Below, piece after piece: positions 7,774-14,443 of a stretch of DNA of 58,778 nt. Position 1 is the first letter of the stretch. Every line of letters begins with the position of its first letter. This DNA comes from a virus. Lineage: Duplodnaviria > Caudoviricetes. The stretch spans positions 1-58,778 of IMG/VR virus record IMGVR_UViG_3300028025_003040. One strand, given 5' to 3'. The position numbers were made by a program, and so were the translations under genes. The notes below the pieces were generated by a model. It was not told the DNA's origin and made no database searches. It saw only the letters and a program-made list of their open reading frames with translations.

Positions 7774-8180
7774 TGGGAGATAGAGCAAACTTTGGATTCG
7801 TCCAACCTAATGGAAATACAATTGTGCTATACGGTCACTGGGCTGGATACAACATGCTTGGTAAGTTAGCGGATGCTGTAATCGCTGCTCGTCCAAGGTG
7901 GACCGATACATCATATGCAACACGTATTGCTATCAGTCAATTAATTGGAGACCAATGGAATATGGAAACAGGTTGGGGCCTGCAGGTAAATGAGCGCTCT
8001 GACAATGAACATAAGATTGCAATCGTAGACTTTGAACAGCAAACGTTTTCTCTTCACGAGGAAGACGACTTTAGAAATCAAGACAACAAAGTTCGTGGAA
8101 TGAAGAATGAAGCAATCTTTACCATGGACCTGTCAGCATTCTGCGAGAAGTATGCATTGGAAAATATCTTAGTCAACTAA
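7773..8180 (+). CDS. hypothetical phage protein
   Basis: ORF track; MGDRAN..LYGHW N-terminus. Confidence 0.8.
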   Translation: MGDRANFGFVQPNGNTIVLYGHWAGYNMLGKLADAVIAARPRWTDTSYATRIAISQLIGDQWNMETGWGLQVNERSDNEHKIAIVDFEQQTFSLHEEDDFRNQDNKVRGMKNEAIFTMDLSAFCEKYALENILVN

Positions 8181-8196
8181 TATGATATAATATTGA

Positions 8197-8330
8197 TAGG
8201 CCTGGTGCCTATTCATATGAGTGGTGCATCTACTCAAGATGCTAAGTAAGGCAGGTTTTTCCTTTCGTTGAGGTCCTAGCAGCCGCTCCTTTAAACCCCC
8301 GTGTATTACAGTCCACGGGGGTTTATTCTT
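8197..8330 (+). ncRNA. candidate sRNA with anti-Shine-Dalgarno loop
   Basis: TGaTATAAT at 8183-8191; internal stems; TTTCCTTTCGTTG at 8258-8270; terminator AAACCCCCGTG..CACGGGGGTTT at 8293-8324; no credible ORF. Confidence 0.6.
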
Positions 8331-8342
8331 GCCCGCAAAAGC

Positions 8343-8391
8343 TTGAGGGTAAAATATTCTTCTTACGGAAGTCAAATAAATTTCCCAGGAA
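8343..8391 (+). repeat. tripartite element copy 6
   Basis: TTGAGGG 8343, TTACG 8363, CCCAGGAA 8384. Confidence 0.8.
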
Positions 8392-8442
8392 TTTCAGCAT
8401 ATGAGATCATGTGGTGTAGAACACACCCATATAGTATATACA

Positions 8443-8465
8443 ATGTCAGTGGTCTAATATATAAT
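8443..8465 (+). promoter_or_regulatory. RecA-NDp/PafBC-type promoter
   Basis: ATGTCAGTG-N8-TATAAT. Confidence 0.75.
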
Positions 8466-8492
8466 AAGAACATATCAGCGAAAGGATATAAT

Positions 8493-9269
8493 ATGCCAAA
8501 CTGGGTGTATAACACATTAACTATACAAGGACCAAAAGAACAAGTAGATTCAATTAAAGATAGATTAAATGCTCCATTTACATTAGCACAGGAGACATTT
8601 GGTATGGGTGATATTTCTTCTATGGGATTTCCTACTAAGATTATTCAGGTATCTTATTCTAATCCCGTTTTTTCTTTCAACAATATCCATTCATATAAGG
8701 ATGACGGAATTACTGATGAGGAATATGCCTGCCAACCTAATCGTGGTGATATAGATATTCAGAATGACCCTGATTGGTTCCGCAAATCTGTTGAGTTTGC
8801 TAAGACTCAGAAGGATTGGTACTCTTGGAATAATTCTAACTGGGGAACTAAATGGGATGTAGCCGTCCGTGACGGAGATGAATATCCAAATACAGAACTA
8901 ATTGAATATAAGTCAGAAGGTGAAGACAACTGGGTTATATATAAATATGAGACTGCATGGTCACCTGCTGTAACTATCTTAACTAAACTAAGTAATCTTG
9001 TTCCTAACTGTGTTCTTACTTTAGAATTTGAGGAAGAGACAGGTTGGGGTGGTGAATATGAAATTATCAAGGGTGAAGTAAGAGAACTAATGGAATGGGA
9101 GAATCGTTGTTATGCTTGCCAATCTTTTGATACATTGAGTTACTGTGAAGATGAATGTGGAGAGTTCTGCTCAGAATGTAATCAAGGCTCTTGGCAGGAT
9201 GAAGAGGCAATGGCAAAATGTCAGACCCACATGGTACTATTGGAATCTACAGAAAAGGCGGAAGTATGA
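8493..9269 (+). CDS. DUF1281/YubB-like ferredoxin-fold protein with Cys-rich tail
   Basis: MPNWVYNTL start, WYSWN..NWGTKWD, ETAWSP motifs; internal promoter at 9218-9240. Confidence 0.75.
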   Translation: MPNWVYNTLTIQGPKEQVDSIKDRLNAPFTLAQETFGMGDISSMGFPTKIIQVSYSNPVFSFNNIHSYKDDGITDEEYACQPNRGDIDIQNDPDWFRKSVEFAKTQKDWYSWNNSNWGTKWDVAVRDGDEYPNTELIEYKSEGEDNWVIYKYETAWSPAVTILTKLSNLVPNCVLTLEFEEETGWGGEYEIIKGEVRELMEWENRCYACQSFDTLSYCEDECGEFCSECNQGSWQDEEAMAKCQTHMVLLESTEKAEV

Positions 9270-9496
9270 GTTTCTTAGAAAACGAAAACCAAATGGTGAT
9301 TGACGCTGAACTGCAAGAAATTGCAGAACAGTTATTAGATGACTGGATGAATTCTAATTTAGATGAAGGTCAGTTATATGCAGATTGGAGAATTGCAGAC
9401 ATGTCATCTAGCAATTATCTCAAAGGTAGGTTTAATCAACATTATGATTTAACACCTGATAACCAATACTATCTAGAATTTGATGAGGAGAAATAA
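9266..9496 (+). CDS. hypothetical acidic protein
   Basis: ATGA coupling. Confidence 0.7.
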   Translation: MSFLENENQMVIDAELQEIAEQLLDDWMNSNLDEGQLYADWRIADMSSSNYLKGRFNQHYDLTPDNQYYLEFDEEK

Positions 9497-9660
9497 TGTT
9501 AGGGTATACGCAGAAAGATTTGGCAGATATGACCTATGGGGTCTACCAAGCTGACCTGTTGGTCAATGCTGATGAAAATCCTGCAATTCATAATTATTTA
9601 GTTATGGCTCATGATTTCTTACAGGGCTTGTGGGCAGAAGGGTATTTCGATCATGTCTAA
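9496..9660 (+). CDS. small hypothetical protein (54 aa)
   Basis: Read by hand; GAGGAG SD, TAATG coupling. Confidence 0.65.
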   Translation: MLGYTQKDLADMTYGVYQADLLVNADENPAIHNYLVMAHDFLQGLWAEGYFDHV

Positions 9661-9838
9661 ATCATCTTACTTCCTAGAATATATGAAAGTTCATTTAATT
9701 AGTCTTATACAAGATTTAGATAAAGATTTGAATGTTGAATCTAAGATTAATATCCAAGGACAAATTATGGCAACAGAACATTTGTTGTCAGTGGCTACTG
9801 ATATAATGAATTCTTCTAACGAAAGGGTATATGAATGA
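9653..9838 (+). CDS. hypothetical protein
   Basis: Track ORF 9611 re-started; contains TTGTCAGTG-N8-TATAAT at 9785-9807. Confidence 0.65.
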   Translation: MSKSSYFLEYMKVHLISLIQDLDKDLNVESKINIQGQIMATEHLLSVATDIMNSSNERVYE

Positions 9839-10098
9839 GACATACTGAACTTCCCGTCCATTTACAACGAATGGTAGACGCAGAGGTAACGGGGCTCGAC
9901 ATCATGCATGGAGAACTAAAAAACCTCATGCTTCTTGGAGAAAAGGAATTAGAGCGGACCTTGATAGCGGAACAAGAATCAGGAGAAGCAATGGATTCTA
10001 TGGAACGTACTTATGCAGAAGGATATCTAGACGCATTAGTATCTTTATATAAACTAACATATGATTTATCATTTGCCATTGGGGGAAAAAATGAGTAG
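9835..10098 (+). CDS. hypothetical protein
   Basis: ORF track; SD AACGAAAGGG. Confidence 0.75.
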   Translation: MRHTELPVHLQRMVDAEVTGLDIMHGELKNLMLLGEKELERTLIAEQESGEAMDSMERTYAEGYLDALVSLYKLTYDLSFAIGGKNE

Positions 10099-10321
10099 TT
10101 ATGAGCCAAGCTTGGAAATCCTGGAAGTTAATTACGGCTGTTCTCCAGGAGGTGTAGATACATTTGAGGTCTATGATAGATCTGAGATTGAGCCTGTACA
10201 AATACCAATATATGAGACAGAGTCCTTGACCGAAGCGGTCCTATTCTGTTACAATTTGGGAAAGGACTTTATTGTTCGAACATTAGCGGAATGGGAAGAA
10301 CGGGAGTTAATGAATGCCTAA
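10091..10321 (+). CDS. hypothetical protein
   Basis: Track ORF 10061 re-started at overlap. Confidence 0.7.
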   Translation: MSSYEPSLEILEVNYGCSPGGVDTFEVYDRSEIEPVQIPIYETESLTEAVLFCYNLGKDFIVRTLAEWEERELMNA

Positions 10322-10493
10322 ATACAGAGTCTTTGGAGTTCAAGAAAAGAATTACTATGCAATCGTTGAGGCAACTGACGAATATGAAGCATGGGACATA
10401 ATCAACGGGGACAAAGTCTTCCAATGGTTTGCAATACCTACAGATAAAACAATCGAACCTACTGAAGTATATGGGGAGTATGATGAAGCCTGA
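10314..10493 (+). CDS. small hypothetical protein (59 aa)
   Basis: Read by hand: MPKYRVFGVQEKNYYAIVEATDEYEAW... Confidence 0.65.
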   Translation: MPKYRVFGVQEKNYYAIVEATDEYEAWDIINGDKVFQWFAIPTDKTIEPTEVYGEYDEA

Positions 10494-10812
10494 TGACAAA
10501 GATAAACTAAATGAATGCTTAAAGATTCTAGATTCCACCGACCTTGGCTTGTCCCTGGTTTGGCTATGGACCTGGTCTACAATTAATAACATCTTTGAGG
10601 ATGAGACCTACAAGCAGAACTGCACCATAGATGAGATGTGGGACCACCTCTGTGAGGCTGTGGAGGCAGGCCAGGGCTTCTCTCTAGAGTACGGGGCAGA
10701 ACAACATCAAGACGACGTACTTGAATGGATGATGAATCGTGAATACATTGTAGACACAATGTTTGAGGAAGACGAGGAGGACGAAGATGAGGATGAAGAT
10801 AAAGATGAGTGA
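10480..10812 (+). CDS. hypothetical protein with acidic tail
   Basis: Track ORF 10429 re-started at GGGGAG SD. Confidence 0.75.
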   Translation: MMKPDDKDKLNECLKILDSTDLGLSLVWLWTWSTINNIFEDETYKQNCTIDEMWDHLCEAVEAGQGFSLEYGAEQHQDDVLEWMMNREYIVDTMFEEDEEDEDEDEDKDE

Positions 10813-10945
10813 TCAATATGTCGACTCTGTCCTTGCAGAGGCCCAACGGCTTCTGTGGGGCGGATCTGAGACAGAGAACATTGCTGCACACAACCTGATA
10901 GCAAAGCTTATTAAAGACAGATTACCTGATGAAGAAGTGGAGTAG
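10805..10945 (+). CDS. small hypothetical protein
   Basis: Track ORF 10763 re-started at overlap. Confidence 0.6.
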   Translation: MSDQYVDSVLAEAQRLLWGGSETENIAAHNLIAKLIKDRLPDEEVE

Positions 10946-11153
10946 ATTCTACAAAACTATAGATAAGCAGATCTATGTTTATTTAAAGAATGAGGATCCT
11001 GACACATATAAGGTACATGCATATGGGATGTCTAGATACTATAAAGGCGAGGACGCAATTCAGCAGCTTATTAAATTAGTTAGAGATTTAGGCGATTGTG
11101 ATCTAAATGAATCTTTAATTAAAGAAGCAAAGAAAGAATTCGTGGGGGCGTAA
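10929..11153 (+). CDS. hypothetical protein
   Basis: ORF track. Confidence 0.6.
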   Translation: MKKWSRFYKTIDKQIYVYLKNEDPDTYKVHAYGMSRYYKGEDAIQQLIKLVRDLGDCDLNESLIKEAKKEFVGA

Positions 11154-11189
11154 AAAGCTTGTTACGAAACAATTAAATATCGGCTGGAA
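11142..11189 (+). repeat. tripartite element copy 7 (degenerate)
   Basis: GTGGGGG 11142, TTACG 11162, GGCTGGAA 11182. Confidence 0.6.
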
Positions 11190-11192
11190 CTA

Positions 11193-11221
11193 TTGACCAA
11201 ATCGGCAATAGTTGATATACT
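11193..11221 (+). promoter_or_regulatory. housekeeping sigma promoter
   Basis: TTGACC-N17-TATACT. Confidence 0.65.
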
Positions 11222-11255
11222 AATATAAAACAATATCTCGAAAGGATATACTACT

Positions 11256-11402
11256 ATGACAACAAAGCGTGAATATCTAAAGTCACAAGGAATTACAGTT
11301 GGTGCCCGTGGTCGTTTCTCAGGAGCTGCAAAGGTAGCTATTGATGAGGCCCTGAAGAAGGGTGTTAGCTTCACAGCTGAGAAGCCTGCAGCAAAGAAGT
11401 AA
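11256..11402 (+). CDS. Lsr2-like stand-alone DNA-binding domain (48 aa)
   Basis: Read by hand: MTTKREYLKSQGITVGARGRFSGAAKVAIDEAL..., like the Lsr2 C-terminal RxW..G..V..RGR AT-hook; SD CGAAAGGA. Confidence 0.65.
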   Translation: MTTKREYLKSQGITVGARGRFSGAAKVAIDEALKKGVSFTAEKPAAKK

Positions 11403-11484
11403 CACATATAGATCGGAGGGGCTGGTTGACGAGAGTTGCCAGCCCTTCCCCAATTTGGTACAATACTATAACGAAAGGCGGACT

Positions 11485-11853
11485 ATGAGTAAAACACCAG
11501 AAACAAAAGTAGCAGAACAACTAATCAATCTAACAGAAAGCCATTGGTTCAATCCAGCAACGCTGGGTAGTTATATGGCAGACCAACCGCTATATACTAT
11601 TGACCGAGTTATGGAAATGCTTGCTCAAACAGTTCATTATCTAAATAAGAGATATGGACAAGAGCAAATCAATGGTCGCACATCAGAAGGTCTATTGCTT
11701 GCTAATAAATTAGACATGTTAATTAAATCTATTAAACATACTGACAATCTTCAACTGCCGAAGGCACCTTCTAAGATAATTGGCGGGATAAAGAAAATGG
11801 ATCCCTCCCTCAGATACTCTCATATCAGAGAGACCAATAGCCAAGTACAATAG
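11485..11853 (+). CDS. hypothetical protein
   Basis: SD AACGAAAGG at 11470; last gene of the + arm. Confidence 0.75.
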   Translation: MSKTPETKVAEQLINLTESHWFNPATLGSYMADQPLYTIDRVMEMLAQTVHYLNKRYGQEQINGRTSEGLLLANKLDMLIKSIKHTDNLQLPKAPSKIIGGIKKMDPSLRYSHIRETNSQVQ

Positions 11854-12384
11854 AATAAACATATAGCCCAAATTATCCACAGTCTTATCCACAGGCTGTG
11901 GATTTTTTGTGGACAAAATTGGGGGCAGCTTTTTCCTTTTACGAGAGATCTAAAAATATCCTGGAATATCTGAGAGAAATGTATATATATCTTATTAAAC
12001 ATTATATATATGTCGACAAATCTATATAGAATTTAATAGAATTGTGGGCAAATTTTCCCGTTTACGGGGGCATATTAAATACCCCTGAAGCCTACAAATG
12101 TCGACAAAATGCTTGACAAATTTGCACGGATGTGCATCTATTGACATAAATGGAGCAAAATGGTATTAAGTGGGTAATTGTGGAGGGTGTTCAAATACAC
12201 ATATGTATATATGTCGATATATTGATAGTGTGCTGGAGGGAATTAATAGTATTTACTTTGGTAGATATCCTGTAGATATGGCTCTAAAAAGGCTTATAAG
12301 AGGATTTGAGGGGGGTCTGAGGGGAAGGGGATATAGGAGTTAGATGCTATTTTGGATGCTATCTCAGCAATTTATAGAGGCATG
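11854..12384. other. non-coding arm junction with DnaA-box cluster (origin-like or terminal-repeat end)
   Basis: TTATCCACA 11873 and 11885, TGTGGATTT 11897, TGTGGACAA 11908; tripartite copies 8 (11919-11966) and 9 (12042-12090); AT-rich tract about 11980-12040. Confidence 0.55.
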
Positions 12385-12585
12385 TTAATCATGCATTATG
12401 GCTGAGTTCATCCAGATATCTCCATCATTGTTGATCGAGTACTTTAGAATCATTGTCTTATTACACTTTAAGCATTTAGGTAAGAAGTCTAACTCTCTAC
12501 TTAGCTCTATATTCATCTCTGATCTATCTGACATACATAGGAAGTTATAGGTGAATATGGGATCTATCTCGCCTTCCCGCCCCAT
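12385..12585 (-). CDS. small Zn-ribbon protein
   Basis: YNFLC...PKCLKC..M pattern; true start may be internal. Confidence 0.5.
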   Translation of the reverse strand: MGREGEIDPIFTYNFLCMSDRSEMNIELSRELDFLPKCLKCNKTMILKYSINNDGDIWMNSAIMHD

Positions 12586-12866
12586 TATCGTAATGGACTG
12601 ATGAATGGCGTTATTGGCCCATAGTCATCATCATCAGACCATTTGCCTGTAGCAAAGCCTGATACTTTATCTAGTGTATTAAATAATGTATAACAGTCTG
12701 AACATACATATGCTGATGTATCTAATCTAGTAATTAATCTTAGTTGACTAGAATTAATATCTATCTTACAGTGAGCACATATTGAATCTTTAGCTAATCT
12801 TTTATGTGAACCATCACATCTAGGGAATATGCTTGATTGATCACATTTACATAATACCATGGTCAT
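12585..12866 (-). CDS. CDGSH iron-sulfur domain protein fused to a Zn finger
   Basis: CKCDQSSIFPRCDGSH matches the CDGSH consensus; then CAHC..CSDC. Confidence 0.75.
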   Translation of the reverse strand: MTMVLCKCDQSSIFPRCDGSHKRLAKDSICAHCKIDINSSQLRLITRLDTSAYVCSDCYTLFNTLDKVSGFATGKWSDDDDYGPITPFISPLR

Positions 12867-13128
12867 CTGCTTCCTTAAGCCATTGATCTTCCCATAGACC
12901 CATTAATGATTCATTGCCAATATCATCGAAATAGTATCTCTTCTTATCTGGGTTATAGGTCCATCCATACCATTTGTCGCCTTCCGACCAAGTTAGGTTA
13001 GTTGGACCCTGTTCTTTATATTCTGATAGTCTACGTAGCAATTCGTCATTCTCTCTGACTACCGCCTGAATCGCCTCTCTGAGGCGCTTGGGCCGCATGA
13101 GATATTTCTCCACAAAATTAAATAACAT
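12847..13128 (-). CDS. hypothetical protein
   Basis: Track ORF re-started at MLFNF. Confidence 0.65.
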   Translation of the reverse strand: MLFNFVEKYLMRPKRLREAIQAVVRENDELLRRLSEYKEQGPTNLTWSEGDKWYGWTYNPDKKRYYFDDIGNESLMGLWEDQWLKEADDHGIM

Positions 13129-13409
13129 GTTCTCTCTTTTCGCCGCACTTTTCGTTCGCACTAATTGTGTCAATATTCTCCCATATAAGAGTAGGTATAT
13201 TATCTATTACTTGGTACCTTGCTTGGTATCCTAAAGCTTTCCAGTCCATCTGCATAATACTTCTAGGCATTACCATCCCCCTAAACAGCTATTAGAATGA
13301 GTATGAAGGCTACGCTGTACTAAGTAGGATCCTTTGGTGGGTGCAAAAAGCTCTGTACCACATGCCCCACATCCGCCAAACCATTCTTGTGCAAAGAAAT
13401 CATATGTCA

Positions 13410-13709
13410 TTAGTTACCCTTAACTGCTAATACATTCTTTGAGTTAACAATTAAATATTTAGTTCCGTCTTCATCTTCGATCTCATCTCCGCCGTGTCTA
13501 GGGTAGTAGACTATATCTCCAATATCAAGGCCGTTTACAGGAATAAGGTCTCCCTTATAGTTGTATTCCCCGTCTCCAATATCAATGATCTCACCCCTTT
13601 TTAAGGATGTATCAGCAAAAGCTGCTGATATAACCAAACCAGACGCAGTTTTTTTATCTGTTGCTTCTTCTTCTTTGATCAGGATCATTCCACCATATGG
13701 CTTTATCAT
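13410..13709 (-). CDS. groES: co-chaperonin GroES-like
   Basis: IKPYGG.ILI, TASGLVI mobile loop, G.IIDIGDG, GDIVYY, LIV..KNVLA. Confidence 0.88.
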   Translation of the reverse strand: MIKPYGGMILIKEEEATDKKTASGLVISAAFADTSLKRGEIIDIGDGEYNYKGDLIPVNGLDIGDIVYYPRHGGDEIEDEDGTKYLIVNSKNVLAVKGN

Positions 13710-13972
13710 TTTTTCCCCTTTGTTTTTGGCATTCTATCTTCAATTAGATTAATAACCATATCAATACCATCCGCATATGCTTGAGCATCATCCTTAGCCC
13801 ACATTAAATTACCCTCAGCATCAAATGAGGATCCACGATAGATTAAGTACTCAGCTTTCTTAATTAATAAAATCTCTATAAGTTGTTTACGCTCTGCCGA
13901 AATTGACTTGGTGCACCCACTACAGGGACATAACCAGTCTCCCCTACTTGGTGTTTGTGTTGGATCTGCCAT
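13706..13972 (-). CDS. hypothetical protein
   Basis: ORF track; ATGA coupling to groES. Confidence 0.7.
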   Translation of the reverse strand: MADPTQTPSRGDWLCPCSGCTKSISAERKQLIEILLIKKAEYLIYRGSSFDAEGNLMWAKDDAQAYADGIDMVINLIEDRMPKTKGKK

Positions 13973-14093
13973 TATCGATCTTCCTAGTAATTACTGGACC
14001 GTTCTTTAAGTTCCAGTCTTCCTGCTCTTTAAGCTTTTTACGCTTTTTTGCAGCCCCGCTCTCAACCTTATATATGGCTGTGTTTAATGTCAT
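13944..14093 (-). CDS. small basic protein (probably leaderless)
   Basis: ATG 6 nt after TTGACA-N17-TATTAT promoter (14128-14100). Confidence 0.55.
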   Translation of the reverse strand: MTLNTAIYKVESGAAKKRKKLKEQEDWNLKNGPVITRKIDNGRSNTNTK

Positions 14094-14130
14094 ATACCTA
14101 TAATACAATTTATGTGAAAGAATGTCAATG

Positions 14131-14201
14131 CTCCCAGACATAGATTCGAACTATGATTCACGGCTTCAAAGGCCGTTGTCCTGCCGTTGGACGATCTGGG
14201 A
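14131..14201 (-). tRNA. tRNA-Gln(TTG)
   Basis: Cloverleaf; ACGGC-CTTTGAA-GCCGT; TTCGAAT. Confidence 0.9.
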
Positions 14202-14202
14202 G

Positions 14203-14275
14203 TACCTCTGGTTGGATTCGAACCAACGCTTGCACGATTTTAAGTCGTGTGCCTCTACCACTGGGCTACAAAGGC
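14203..14275 (-). tRNA. tRNA-Leu(TAA), short variable region
   Basis: CACGA-CTTAAAA-TCGTG; 3-bp D stem; A discriminator; promoter TTGACT-N17-TATACT at 14317-14289. Confidence 0.85.
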
Positions 14276-14443
14276 TTGTGTTATTTTTAGTATAGAATAT
14301 TTAAATAGGTGAGTCAAGTATTTCGTCTACCGCATCATCAATTGTGCGGGGATGTTCTTTGGTACAATTACCACAATCTTTACACATTATTTATCCTTAA
14401 ATAAATATAGCCCCATATTGCATGGGGCCATATTTTTATTCAG

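Noticed and set aside
8169-8375. Track ORF on the - strand and the 8301 start of the DUF1281-like gene
   Set aside because: The - ORF opposes the operon and crosses a terminator. The SD-like site on that strand has no ATG or GTG at a usable distance. The + gene has a clear promoter, SD and conserved MPNW start at 8493.
11719-12002. Two - strand track ORFs at the arm junction
   Set aside because: No SD; they overlap the last + gene and simply translate the DnaA-box cluster.
571-12090. CRISPR array or mobile-element ends as an explanation for the intergenic repeats
   Set aside because: Copies are mostly 0.8-3 kb apart, separated by genes, with no constant repeat-spacer period. No transposase or cas operon is present; the Cas4-like gene lies in the recombination operon, as is common in phages.
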